Position numbers and translations under genes: made by a program. A stretch of 64,000 nt of DNA from positions 4,401,285 to 4,465,284 of the forward strand of contig NC_057755.1 of NCBI RefSeq assembly GCF_004010195.1, in the 5' to 3' direction. The notes below the pieces were generated by a model, which saw nothing but the letters and a program-made list of their open reading frames with translations, made no database searches and was not told the DNA's origin. The stretch's first letter is position 1. Every line of letters begins with the position of its first letter. Source of the DNA: Chiloscyllium plagiosum. Its lineage: Eukaryota. Positions 40,754 to 53,912 of the stretch are shown here, in pieces.

Positions 40754-40936
40754 AACTAGGAGAACGTGAGGACTGCAAATGCTGGAGATCAGAGCTGAAA
40801 AATGTGTTGCTGGAAAAGCGCAGCAGGTCAGGCAGCATCCAAGGAGCAGAAGAAGGGCTTATGCCCGGAACGTCGATTCTCTTGCTCCTTGGATGCTGCC
40901 TGACCTGCTGCACATTTCCAGCAACACATTTTTCAG
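40754..40936. mobile_element. Short palindromic Penelope-derived insertion (hammerhead core truncated)
   Basis: Inverted arms; 12-bp TSD agtgtccttgtc (40742-40753, 40937-40948); absent from the paralogous site near 19335. Confidence 0.85.
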
Positions 40937-42253
40937 AGTGTCCTTGTCCCAGTGCAGGGAGAGAGTTATGCTAGGAACCTGTGGATTATCCGGGGAAATG
41001 GAATCTCCTACCTTGTAATTCCTATCAGCTTGCTACCCACTGTAAGTCTCCATTATAATCAAATCCTTCAGAGTGTTTTTTTTTAAAATTAAATAGAATA
41101 ATTAATCAGAAACTATTAAATATTTGATTATTAAATATTTGGTCTCACTGCTCAGTAACAATAAAACAGACTCCACAGTAATGTCATAAACAGCTAACGA
41201 TTAATTGTTTCAATGTGAGAAATTGTGGCAGGTGATTACATGTTGTTACCAGAAGACGCCCACCAAACATTTATTTACGCAGCAACATTGTCGAGGGTCA
41301 GACAGCAGTACAGTAACACCGTAAAATATCGAGTTGCATGAATTCCTTATGTTATGAACAATTAAAACTTATGAATGATCACAAATGCTAGGCTCCCTAT
41401 TTTTAGCAACACAGAAAGACACAGAAACGCACACATGCATGCACTCACAGNNNNNNNNNNNNNNNNNNNNNNNNNNNNNNNNNNNNNNNNNNNNNNNNNN
41501 NNNNNNNNNNNNNNNNNNNNNNNNNNNNNNNNNNNNNNNNNNNNNNNNNNNNNNNNNNNNNNNNNNNNNNNNNNNNNNNNNNNNNNNNNNNNNNNNNNNN
41601 NNNNNNNNNNNNNNNNNNNNNNNNNNNNNNNNNNNNNNNNNNNNNNNNNNNNNNNNNNNNNNNNNNNNNNNNNNNNNNNNNNNNNNNNNNNNNNNNNNNN
41701 NNNNNNNNNNNNNNNNNNNNNNNNNNNNNNNNNNNNNNNNNNNNNNNNNNNNNNNNNNNNNNNNNNNNNNNNNNNNNNNNNNNNNNNNNNNNNNNNNNNN
41801 NNNNNNNNNNNNNNNNNNNNNNNNNNNNNNNNNNNNNNNNNNNNNNNNNNNNNNNNNNNNNNNNNNNNNNNNNNNNNNNNNNNNNNNNNNNNNNNNNNNN
41901 NNNNNNNNNNNNNNNNNNNNNNNNNNNNNNNNNNNNNNNNNNNNNNNNNNCCCTCCCTATCTCTGTAGCCCTGCATTCAGCTGCCTGGGGCGCAAAACTC
42001 CTGACCTCTTTCTCCCTCCCAACTCAGTCACTGAAACCCCTTGGGACCTCCCTACCTGAGTGACCTTTCAGCCGGTGCTGCCTGAGAGAACGTAGAGAGT
42101 GGGCCGCGCGTTCGTGGAGTGGCGGGGAGGGAAGGCGAGGGAGGTGAGGCGGGGATGGACGGGAATAACGGCTCCGTGGTATGGCGCCGCGTCAATGCGC
42201 AGCCGGTGGGTCTCCCCGGTTGGACTGACTCTCTCTTCTCTACCCTCCCTCAG

Positions 42254-42505
42254 GTGAACATCGGCCTGCTGCTCCTCTCTGCCACCGGTTTCCTGTTGCC
42301 CGGTTACCTGTGGTACCACCGGCGCAACATCCTGAAGGCCAAGGAGGGAGTGGGGGCGGGGGGAGGCCGGGCCGAGCGGGGGACCGGGGGCCGGGAACCC
42401 CCAGACGGTGGGACTCCCCCCACCCCACCCTCGGGCGGGCCTGTCCCACCCGGGAAGCCGGCCTCCCTCAACGGCCTGCTCCCCTGCCACGAGAGTGAGG
42501 CCTAG
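42254..42505 (+). CDS. Terminal coding exon of an SLC43-family amino-acid transporter (LAT3/SLC43A1-like)
   Basis: Strong acceptor ctctcttctctaccctccctcag; VNIGLLLLSATGFLLPGYLWYHRR resembles the last TM helix of SLC43A1/A2 as recalled; stop at 42503-42505. Confidence 0.7.
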   Translation: MNIGLLLLSATGFLLPGYLWYHRRNILKAKEGVGAGGGRAERGTGGREPPDGGTPPTPPSGGPVPPGKPASLNGLLPCHESEA

Positions 42506-43859
42506 GCCAGGCTGACCAGGCCTGGGCCCTGTCCCATCTCCCAGCCCACACCTCCACCCACCTCATCCTGACTGAAAAACCCAGAGTGGGCCTGGCCCCC
42601 TCCCTCAATCACCCCCCAACCCTCGCAACACCTCAATTATGTCCGTGTCCACGTACGTGCTGGAGGTGGGGAACCTCTCTGAAGGCCGCTCTGAGGTTTA
42701 TTTTCCCGTCCGTTGTAAATAGGATATTTTGCTCTTCTTCTCTGCCCCAAAAGGGTCTCTTTCAATGATAAGTTTTATTTTTGACCGTGAATTTTTATTA
42801 ATATCACTCGATATCTATAAATATAGATGTGTATATGGATATGTACATATATATATATGTGTATATATTTTGCCAATGAAACGGTTGCTTGGGATTAGCT
42901 GAACAATTAGTTTTCTGCCCCCATCCCCGCCGCCCCTCATCGTTTCCGCTCGGTGGCTGACCGGGATCTTGCTGTGCAGGGCGGAGCCTGTCGCTCTCTC
43001 CGCGTCGTCAGGACGGAGTGCAAGAATGCCAAAACTCTGAGCCATCGCGACAGTCTGTCTGGGCTCCAGCAGGGAAACTGGGGGAGGGGGAGGGAAGCCC
43101 ACTGGTTGGCAAGTGACCTCTTGATTGGAGTTCACCCGATGCCACCCGACCTCATTGAAGGGCAGCTCGGGAGGGAAGACTGGGGCGCCATTAAAAGGCG
43201 AGGTCACCTCAGGTACTACAACAACAACAACAACAACATGGCGCCCACAAGTGCCTCTTCCCCGGGAACCCACCGAGTAAGGGAATCTGATACTCTGTGA
43301 TGAGTTTTCGTGGATGAGGTAGGGAACGCCCCCCCCCCCACCCCGACTATCGAGGGGGCAATTGCACTACAGAGGCTTCACCAAATACGAAACAGTTCAA
43401 TCCCCCCTCCCCCCAACGGTGAGTGGTAGGTGTTTCCACAACTCTTTTCAAAAACCTCGGCAGGGTTTTATTGGATGTTGGGGTCGACAGGAGTTGGGAA
43501 GGGGTGGGATTTATTCAAACGTAATTAATTTTTTAAAAAGCCTAAAATCAGCAGGCACTCTCAGGAATTGGTGGGGATGATCAGATTGTCGTAAACGTCT
43601 CTCTGGTCCACCAGTGTCCTTCAGGGTAGGACATTTGCCCTCCTTACCTGGTCTGAGGCCTAACACGTGACTGCAGACTCACAGCGGTGTGGCAGGCTCC
43701 AACTGCCCCGTAAAACCACAAGGCAGGGCCTTGGAGAACCACAGGCCTAGCTCCCTGGGCTGGTTCACACTCAGAGAGCTGCTCCTGGATCCACAGGCGC
43801 TCTGGGCTCGATGACAGAGGTCTCAATCATTTCAAACAGAGAGAGCTTTCAAAGGGGTC

Positions 43860-44662
43860 ACTACAAGGGGTTCAGGGTGGGTTATGCGTATTAGAGATAC
43901 TCAGGAGTGAGTTACAGACTGAATCTGATTGAGGGTTTCAGGGTGGGTTATATACAGAATAACAGATACCCCGGGAGTGAGTTACAGACTGGAATCTAAT
44001 CGAGGGATTCAGAGTGGGTTATGTACAGAATAACAGATACCCGGGAGTGAGTTACAGACTGGAATCTAATCGAGGGGTTCAGGGTGGGTTATGTACAGAA
44101 TAACAGATACCCCGGGAGTGAGTTACAGACTGGAATCTAATCGAGGGGCTCAGGGTGGTTTATATTTAGAATAACAGATACCCTGGAGTGAGTTACAGAC
44201 TGGAATCTGATCGAGGGGTTCGGGGTGGTTTATATTTAGAATAACAGATACCCGGGAGTGAGTTACAGACTGGAGTTTAGTCATGGGTTTTGGTGTGGAT
44301 TGTGTGTGAAATAACAGATACCTGAGAGTGAGTTTCAGATTGAATCTGATCGAGGGGTTCCGGGTGGGTTAGGTATAGGATGCCAGGTAACCCAGAAGTA
44401 AGTTCCAGACTGGAATCTTATCAAGGGTTTTGGGGTGGTTTATATATAGGAAAAGAGATACCTGGGAGTGAGTTACAGATTGGAATCCAATCAGTTGATT
44501 CAGGGAGGTGTATACGTAGAATAACAGATATCCAGGAGTGAGGTACAGACAGGAATCTAAATCAATTGGTTGGTGGTGCTTTATATATAGAATAATAGAT
44601 AGCCGGGAGTGAGTTACAGACTGGAATCTAATTGATGGTGTCAGGGAGGATTATATATAGAA
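43860..44662. repeat. Minisatellite, ~61-62 bp unit, about 13 copies
   Basis: Unit gggagtgagttacagactggaatctaatcgaggggttcagggtggtttatatatagaataacagatacc; central copies most homogeneous. Confidence 0.95.
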
Positions 44663-47144
44663 GGTACACTGTACAATACAGACAAGATTGAAGCTGTGTG
44701 AGGGATATTCACCATGAGTGTGCCTCACTTCCACCTTTAATTCCCACCTCTCTGTGGGACACTCTCTGGTACTTTTCTGCGGTACATCTTCAGGAGACAC
44801 TGGGGGGGGGGGGGGGGGGGGGGGGGGTGCGTTGTGTGTCAGGAAAGCAATCTCAGGGTAAGCTAACTTCAAAAAGAAAAAATGTCTTCCCTTGTCTCGG
44901 CTCAGTGTACGACCTACAGGATAGCTCCGTGGGGCTCAACTGGGGAACCCGTTTCAAATCACACGACTCTGCGTCTCTTTGTGAGAGGGATGTCGTGTGG
45001 AACTGTCCTGTGTCAAATAAAGCCTCAAAGTCTCTCCTTTCGCCTCGTGTGTTCCATTCCTTCCAGCAGCACCGTGCGCCAGGGCGGAGTTGGCACGGGC
45101 TGACACAGCACCTCACAGCCTCCCACGCAAAATAACACCAACTTATTCCATACACTAACACAACACATTTGCACAACTTTAACAGCATATAACTTGTCCA
45201 GATTGATGCAACATTTTTGCCCGGGGGAGCACAGGTGTATTTTACAGAATAAGACAAGAGTTTTGTACACATTGATACAATTTTTTTGCCCAAATTAACA
45301 CACAGTTTTTCCACGTATTTACACATGATGTATGCATATGTACGTATCCGCCTCTATTTCCAGTCATTGATTTTTGGGTTGATTGTGTACAATTCAGAAA
45401 CAATACAATGAACAGCAGACAGGAGCTAAATGTTTCATATTTTCAAACTGCGCAGATGTTGCCAGTCTCTCTTGCATTTCCCTATGTATAAAGTCAATGT
45501 CAGTGCTGTGCTGATATAAAATGGTGGCTGTGGACAAATCTTAAGATGTCTGCCTCACTGATTTGGGTCAGGAATACGGTCAGCAAGGGAGAAGGGGGCA
45601 ATGTGTCAAAAGCCATTTTCATTCATTGATCCTAGCAGAGATAGGAAATGGGGACGGCTCATTGAAGGTGATTAAAATGCAAATCCCAGAACCTGTTTAC
45701 AGTGAATGCGGAGAGACAATGTCACGTTCCAGCAAGGTCTGCCTTACTTTCCAAGATCCTAATATCTGAGAGACACAATATACAAAACCCGAAACAGCTC
45801 AGCCACTGAATTGTAGGTTAGCAGCCTTGGATCAGAATCCTGCCTGGCTAGGCCTCATCCCAAATTCAATGGGTTTCTCAAATCCCACACTGACCTGCTG
45901 TGGGTTCAAATTGTGTGTTGTGTACAAATAAAAGAAAACTAATGCACCTGCAATTAAACAAAGCTCTTTCTGGAACTTTGGGTGTCTGTCGCTTTCAGTG
46001 TCTTTAAACAGGATTGAAGATAAATGAGACAGTGAGAGATAGACATCATTGTAACCAGTATGGCAGTGCATTATAAAAGGATATTAATCTCTTCAGTGAA
46101 AGGGGAAAACTGAGGAGGATAGTCTTAAAAGTAGGATAGTGGGGAGTCAGTAAAGTCGTGCAGTTTGTGATTGCGATACGTTTCAGGTGAGACAAGATTT
46201 GAAACCATTTGTCCTATCGTCCCTCCCTATTATATGTCATAGAGTCATAGAAACAGACCCTTCGGCCCAACCCCTCCATGCCAACCAGAATCCCCAACCC
46301 AATCTAGTCCCACCTGCCAGCACCCGCCCTCCAAACCCTTCCTATCCATATACCCATCCAGATGCCTCTTAAATGTTGCAATTGTACCAGCCTCCACCAC
46401 GTCCTCTGGCAGCTCATTCCATACACGTCACCACCCTCTGGGTGGAAAAGTTGCTCCTCAGATTTCATTTATATCTTTCCCCCCCTCACCCTAAACCTGT
46501 GTTCTCTCGTTCTGGACTCCCCCAACACAGGGATGTTTCAGAATTTCTCACCATTTTACACCGAAACATTCTGCTTTTTCTATTCCCCCTGCAAATCACA
46601 TGCCAACACATTATATTCCACCTGCCAATATCGTAAATATAATTCACAAAACACTGACAGCAAAGTGGATGATATGACGGGATGTAGCAAACTCTGTTGC
46701 ACTCAGTACCTTCATGTTGCAATGTAATAATATCCAGTCAGAAAGTCAGGGACAAAACCTCCCTGGGTCTGAGTGTGTGGACCTGGCAGAGAACGGGGAT
46801 TTTAATCTGTCACTGAGTTAGTTTGGAAATCTGTGCTGCACATGGACATTTCTCCACATTATATGCCATCTGCCAATGACTTGCCCACTCAGTGAAGTTG
46901 GCCATACCGGGTCACAGCCTTTTTGGTCATCCCCATAGCTTTCTCTCCCACCCAACGAGGGTCTCGTCAGTGACCCTGGAAATGTCCCGTAGAAACAGAG
47001 AAGATAGGTGCTGGAATAGGCCATTCGGCCCCTCGAGCATGCTCTGTCACTGAATATGATCAACCCTGATGATTGAGCTCAATTCCCAAATCCTATCATC
47101 CCCCTCAGGTCGCCGTGGTTCATTTAGATACAAGAACCAAACCG

Positions 47145-47473
47145 AGAGAGAGTGTGTGTGTTTGTGATGTGTGAGCGTGTGTGTGAGCGTGTGTGAGTGT
47201 GGTGTGTGAGCATGTGTGTGTGAGAGAGAGAGAGCATGTGTGTGTGGTGTGTGAGCGTGTGTGTGTGGTGTGTGAGCGTGTGTGTGTGGTGTGTGAGTCT
47301 GTGTGTGTGTGGTGTGTGAGTCTGTGTGTGGTGTGTGAGCGTGTGTGTGTGGTGTGTGAGTGTGTGTAGTATGTGATCGTGTGTGTGTGTGGTGTGTGTG
47401 AGAGAGTGTGTGTGTGTGTGTGGGTGAAAGTGTGTGGTATGTGTGTGTGTGGTGTGTGTGTCTGTGTGTGTGT
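47145..47473. repeat. Imperfect (GT)n microsatellite running into a gap
   Basis: Direct inspection. Confidence 0.95.
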
Positions 47474-50400
47474 NNNNNNNNNNNNNNNNNNNNNNNNNNN
47501 NNNNNNNNNNNNNNNNNNNNNNNNNNNNNNNNNNNNNNNNNNNNNNNNNNNNNNNNNNNNNNNNNNNNNNNNNNNNNNNNNNNNNNNNNNNNNNNNNNNN
47601 NNNNNNNNNNNNNNNNNNNNNNNNNNNNNNNNNNNNNNNNNNNNNNNNNNNNNNNNNNNNNNNNNNNNNNNNNNNNNNNNNNNNNNNNNNNNNNNNNNNN
47701 NNNNNNNNNNNNNNNNNNNNNNNNNNNNNNNNNNNNNNNNNNNNNNNNNNNNNNNNNNNNNNNNNNNNNNNNNNNNNNNNNNNNNNNNNNNNNNNNNNNN
47801 NNNNNNNNNNNNTAAATATAATTCACAAAACACTGACAGCAAAGTGGATGATATGACGGGATGTAGCAAACTCTGTTGCACTCAGTACCTTCATGTTGCA
47901 ATGTAATAATATCCAGTCAGAAAGTCAGGGACAAAACCTCCCTGGGTCTGAGTGTGTGGACCTGGCAGAGAACGGGGATTTTAATCTGTCACTGAGTTAG
48001 TTTGGAAATCTGTGCTGCACATGGACATTTCTCCACATTATATGCCATCTGCCAACGACTTGCCCACTCAGTGAAGCTGGCCATACCGGGTCACAGCCTT
48101 TTTGGTCATCCCCATAGCTTTCTCTCCCACCCAACGAGGGTCTCGTCAGTGACCCTGGAAATGTCCCGTAGAAACAGAGAAGATAGGTGCTGGAATAGGC
48201 CATTCGGCCCCTCGAGCATGCTCTGTCACTGAATATGATCAACCCTGATGATTGAGCTCAATTCCCAAATCCCATCATCCCCCTCAGGTCGCTGTGGTTC
48301 ATTTAGATACAAGAACCAAACCGAGAGAGAGTGTGAGAGTGCGATAGTGAGAGTGTGTGAGAGTGTCAGACGGTACATGAAAGAACAATAGTGAGATTAT
48401 GCTTGTGGGAGAGAGAGAGTATGAAGGTGTATGAGATGGTGTATGTCTTTTCAGTCTGTCTGTGTGTGGGTGTGTGTGTGACAGAGACAGTTTAAACTGA
48501 GTTTAACTCTGCGTCTCTGCTTGGGGAATGCCTGTCCTTCCGATGTGTGACTGTAACATCATAGAGAGCTCTCCTTGTCCTCCATCTGTCCCGGGAGTCA
48601 TTAATGCAGACAGTGTAGAGACAGCTTTACTCTGTACATCCCTCCATTAAACAGGACATATTGCAACGTGCAGATGATACACAAATTGCCAGTGGAGTGA
48701 ATAGGGATGAGCAGTAGACTTGAGGAGGATACAAGCAGACGCTGTTTACTGTTATTGGGAAGGTGTCTGAGGATGAAAGTGGTCCACAGGATTGCTGATG
48801 TCATCTGAGTAAAACACTCAGAGAAACTCCCTTACTGTTGTTAACCAATTAATATGTAGCACAGAATTCCTGTGAAATAGGCACATGAGGCTGAGGGCTT
48901 TCTGTTTGTCATAAAGAGCAAAACGCTCACCCAACGGTCACTTGGGAGAAGTAGCCTGGCCTGGATTTAACTCAAATCACAGCCTGACTCTACCTCCAGT
49001 GCACTGGACACAGTCTCGATGAATGACTGAGATGATGGGATCCTGTGTTCTGTTGGCTGATAACACAAACGGCTGTGGGACAGTAAAATGCAAGCAGGAC
49101 ATAAGGACTGGGAAGGGGGTTGAACAGGTTCAGTGAGTGAGTGAGTAAGACATAGACCGTGCAATATCACGCAGACAGGTGGGATGGTTTTTAACTTTAT
49201 TTTCACCTTGAAACAGTTTCAGAGTATTGTTAGAGTTGTAGACATTGATTCTCATCCTAGACCCAGAAGCAGCAAGAAACCTTTCTCTCTATCTCAGCCG
49301 CTTCCATTATTGTCTCAAAAACCTTCATTCCCACTGATCCTTCTAAATGCCAGGGACCCAACCCTGGGTTTGGGTCATTTCCCTCCCTCCCCAGTGACCC
49401 CTTACTGTCCAGCTATCATTCTGGTGAATCTATACTGCACTCAGATACACACACACACTCCCCAAGACCCCAATCTTTCTTGCCTCTCGCTATTTATAAA
49501 GTCAATGGCAGTGCTGGGCTAACATGAAATGGCTGCCGTCAACATACCTAAGATGGCTGACACCTTCTGATTCCTTCCTGTTTGTGTATCATTACTGGGA
49601 CGTTACACAAACAGGTTTGCCTACACACAGTCACATTATGGAGTAATAGCACTGACACAGAAACTGTGCACTCAGATGCATACAGACACACACACACACA
49701 CACACAGACATTTCGGTGAGGATACATGCACTCAGACCCTCACTGCGTCTCCCTCCTGGCAATTCCTGTGTATAGTCCCCATGATCTCCCCAGTCCTGTG
49801 TTGCGGGGAGTGTGCCCGTGTGGGGAGGCAGGGGAGCAGACAGGGAGCAATGTGGATGTTGAGGGGCAGGCATGTGATCTATGATTTAAATTCCCAAACT
49901 CTGCCGATATTTTTAAGGTTGAAAGGAAATAAAAGATTGAAAATCAAGTTAGAAATGACTGCATGTAGAGCAGGGCAGAGAGAGACAGACAGAGAGAGAG
50001 AGACACACACAGGGACAGAGACAGAGAGAGATAGGGACAGAGTGATTAGATTAGATTTTAGATTACATTACAGTGTGGGAACAGGTCCTTCGGCCCAACA
50101 AGTCCACACCGACCCGCCGAAGCGAAACCCACCCATTCCCTTATTGTCTCAAAAACTTTCATTCCCTCCGATCCTTCTAAATCCCAGGGACACAACACTG
50201 CGTTTGGATCATTTCCCTCCCGCCCCAGTGACTCCTTGCTGTCCAGCTATCATTCTGGTGAATCTATACTGCACTCAGATACACACACACTCCCCAAGTC
50301 CCCACTCTTCCTTGCTTCTCCCTATATGTAAAGCCAATGTCAGCCCTGGCTAACATGAAATGGCTGCCGTCAACATACCTAAGATGGCTGATACCTTCGG

Positions 50401-51244
50401 AATCTTTTATCCTGGTTTTGCAGATTAAAACAGCCCCTCAGTTTGTACAACATCATCTCTCAGCCTCCTGCAGATGGAATACAGTGAGATGTCTCTGTCT
50501 CTGTTTGGATGTTAGACTGAGGAGGGACAATGCAGACTAAATGGTCCAATGTTAACCTGGGGGGGGTGGCAGGAACATAGAAGGATTCAGTTATAGATCA
50601 GGTATTCTGTCAGGACAGGAGAGGTGAACATGTCTCTAAAGCACATCTGAAATTGGGTGTAACCATCACATTGGCTTGCTGCGATTTGTGTACAAGGATC
50701 TGAAAAATATTGTTGAATATTTAATAGGCCCTGGAGTAAAGCCATATTAGACCTAATAATGCAATGCGCTGGTCGCACACGCACACACTCTCTCACCCAC
50801 ACAGTTACAGAGGGACACGGAATGACCAAATATATTGGGATTTCCTAATATTAAAGCTCCATTACAGAATCCCTTGGTGTCAGATGAACACAGGACACAC
50901 ACACCTGGGTCAGGCTCAAGACTCACCTCCCTCCGACTCTGAGGCGTTCCTGGATCACACTCCGGATTAGAATCAGATGCTGTGTTTGGTAGCAGGACAT
51001 GGCACATGGGATTAGGACAACTGTCGTATGTGGATGATCAAAACCAGCAATCTAATGGGGAATCAGAACAGAACAGAGAGAATCAAACAAAGAACTTGGT
51101 GTTGAATTTGTAGAGCCCTTCTATATTTGTTGTGTGTGTGTATGTAAGTCTGTGAGAGTGAGTTTGTGTGAGAGTGTGTGTGTCTCTATGCGTGTGTGTG
51201 TCCGAGTGTGTGTGACACGAATATGGGCAGTTTAAATACAATGC

Positions 51245-51406
51245 AGAGGGAGCTTATCTCTGTATCTAACCCCGTGCTGTCCCTGTCCTGGGAGTGTTTG
51301 ATGGGGGGACAGTGTAGATGGAGCTTTACTCTGTATCTAACCCCGTGCTGTCCCTGTCCTGGCAGTGTTCGATGGGGGACAGTGGAGAGAAATCTTTACT
51401 CTGAAT
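51245..51406. repeat. ~70-bp tandem repeat interrupted by the ERV; continues at 61620-62000
   Basis: Unit gagctttactctgtatctaaccccgtgctgtccctgtcctgggagtgtttgatggggacagtgta occurs on both sides of the provirus. Confidence 0.85.
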
Positions 51407-51871
51407 TGTAGGACTTTGGCTCAATCTACCAGCTTACTTTCTTCTTTGTGTGAGCCCAGTCCTGCGTGTTCCATAAATGAAGCAATAGGAGAAGATATAC
51501 GGTCTCACACTCTTAGTTTATATTAGCAGAGCTCTGGGTCTAGACCTTTCTGTCCCTGACAAACTACAACGTGTGTCAGTTCCCAAAAGTAAGACCTCTT
51601 CCTGTCCCTGCCCCAGTCTTTTATATAATGAAAAACGTCATGCAATCACTGAGGTGGGATTGTCTTCTGATTGGCTGTTGATCCGACTCCAATCTCCGCC
51701 TCCTCACGTTCCCGGATGTCCGACCCCACGTGACCTTCTTTTGCCCGCAAAACGGAGCACCACGTGACCTCCTTCTGCCCGCGTTACCCAGCATCACCAA
51801 AGTCTTCCGAATGCCGAGTACATTTACACTTGCAGCCAGCCACCTATTCACAAGTAAGCCATATACTTACA
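51407..51871 (-). repeat. 3' LTR of the ERV (465 bp)
   Basis: Homologous to 61037-61619; preceded on the minus strand by a polypurine tract; contains CCAAT and TATATAAAA. Confidence 0.95.
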
Positions 51872-51873
51872 AG

Positions 51874-51885
51874 TCCCCCTTTTTC
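51874..51885 (-). promoter_or_regulatory. Polypurine tract
   Basis: Minus strand GAAAAAGGGGGA, then CT, then the TG of the 3' LTR. Confidence 0.9.
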
Positions 51886-51905
51886 ATGAGACCAACAAAC
51901 CAATT

Positions 51906-53744
51906 CTATACATCATATTCGCTCTCCGATGCATAGTCTTCCCTTCCTGCCAGAGCCATGGTTTCCGTCTCCATTTGTGACATCTGGTAGGGCGGGGGAG
52001 CCTTCCCTTCAATTGCTGTGATGATTACCCTGTTCAACAAAGATCTAATACAGGGGATACAACAACATNNNNNNNNNNNNNNNNNNNNNNNNNNNNNNNN
52101 NNNNNNNNNNNNNNNNNNNNNNNNNNNNNNNNNNNNNNNNNNNNNNNNNNNNNNNNNNNNNNNNNNNNNNNNNNNNNNNNNNNNNNNNNNNNNNNNNNNN
52201 NNNNNNNNNNNNNNNNNNNNNNNNNNNNNNNNNNNNNNNNNNNNNNNNNNNNNNNNNNNNNNNNNNNNNNNNNNNNNNNNNNNNNNNNNNNNNNNNNNNN
52301 NNNNNNNNNNNNNNNNNNNNNNNNNNNNNNNNNNNNNNNNNNNNNNNNNNNNNNNTCTGCCAATTTATATTCATCAGGTACACCGCGGGGAACACCTATT
52401 GCATCTATGTAAGTGGTTGAGCCAGATGTGACATCAAACAAATCCCTGTGTGTTCGTGTATATGGATTTATTCCCTGTTGTCGTTCTCCTAAGAGGAATA
52501 AGGGTACCCCTAACCTGACCGCTGCACAGGTTCCAGACCAATCTGGAGGTAGACTAATGTGCAGTGTTCTATCTCCACAGTACCAAAAAAGATCAGCTCT
52601 GGCCCAAACCATTGTGCAAGCGTTCTGCCAGCCGGTTACATTAATCGTATCCTGACGCCAGTCAGCGGGCATGTCTCCCAAGATTATAGCAGACCTTCGA
52701 GCGAAACTAGTGTAATTGTTGGCCCTTGGAGTAAACACTGGAGGTAACGTGGAATTCTTTACAGGTGGGAAAATAGCACTTAATGTGGTACAATTCGGAG
52801 GGTCCGCCTGCATGGTGAGGGCCATCATGCAGTGAAGTCCTGTTGGGTCTATGTTAGGGAACAATGGGGCTGGGATAGTAAATAGGGTTGGCCTGGCCGA
52901 GGAACACGCGACGCAATTACTCATATTCATTGAGGTTGCGGTCGCTGTCATCCAGTCCAGCCATAGGTTCTTATCCCCGTACCCGGTGGCTAATTTAATA
53001 ATGTCCCTTCTCGTGAGGTTGTTGTAGTCTATTAACACGACTCCTGAACTTGGTCCTACCACCATGCTTGTGTTTTCAGTTTGTGGCTGGCTCGTAGGAG
53101 GGTCCACTAAGGTTACCTTCACTAATCCCATGTTATCCACTCCAGATTGATCTACACCTATTACAAGATAAAAGCTTCTGTCATCACTCTGACAGTAAAT
53201 CTGTACCTCTTTGGGACTAGGATTAATATCAAATTTTGTCAGGGTTAACAAAAGTGGATTTTTTTAGCTCTGAGGGATGATCGAGTTGCCCCTTTGTCAG
53301 GCTCACATGGTCTCGAATGTTCCATCTATTATCCGAGGGCGACGACTTCTTGGGGGTCCATCGTACCCCAGTCCATGGTAATACATGATCCCACGACGGG
53401 CATGGGTCATAGTGAATGGCGTAGATGTAAAGATATACATCACACTCCCTCCAGCTCCCTGTATCTTGGCCACAATCAATTACTTCGCACAAGTCAAACT
53501 GGTATGTTGTACCATGGTTTCCATCATGTCTGATGTGTACCCGGCTCCCCGTTTCCCTTAAACATTTGTCCGCCTCTTGTCCTGTTGACCTTTCATTCCT
53601 GGGACTTCCTCCCTCACCTGTGTGTTTGTCCCTCGTGGTTAATACCCCTATTATCAGCGGCATAACACTTATACATAAAACAATAGCAAAAACTCCCAAC
53701 CTCAACAGCCCAGGGTAATATGGGCTGCTTACAGAGATAGACAC
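51906..53744 (-). pseudogene. env: ERV envelope (frameshift near 53240; TM ectodomain mostly in N gap)
   Basis: N-terminal hydrophobic segment, CxxC (NCVAC), WSGTCAAVRL, RTHR cleavage site, YIDAIGVPRGVPDEYK; tail CCCIPCIRSLLNRVI...EYDV* ends at 51906. Confidence 0.92.
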
Positions 53745-53912
53745 TATATCCTTTATACAACTTTCCTATATGTTTTAAACAAATTCTTCTTGTGTTCCGG
53801 TCCTGTCCTCACTTATGCCCTCCAAAAAAAAAACTTTCCTTGGGGATCTTGAGAACCTCTCCCCCTTTTTCCAGAACCCTCTTCCTGCAAAAGTTAAAAG
53901 GTTAAGACCCTT

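Noticed and set aside
42119..42253. N-terminal part of the 128-aa ORF 42119-42505
   Set aside because: Lies upstream of a strong splice acceptor and starts at a non-ATG codon; probably intron.
43860..44662. Regularly spaced repeats resembling a CRISPR array
   Set aside because: The whole unit repeats with no unique spacers, there are no cas genes, and the context is eukaryotic: a minisatellite.
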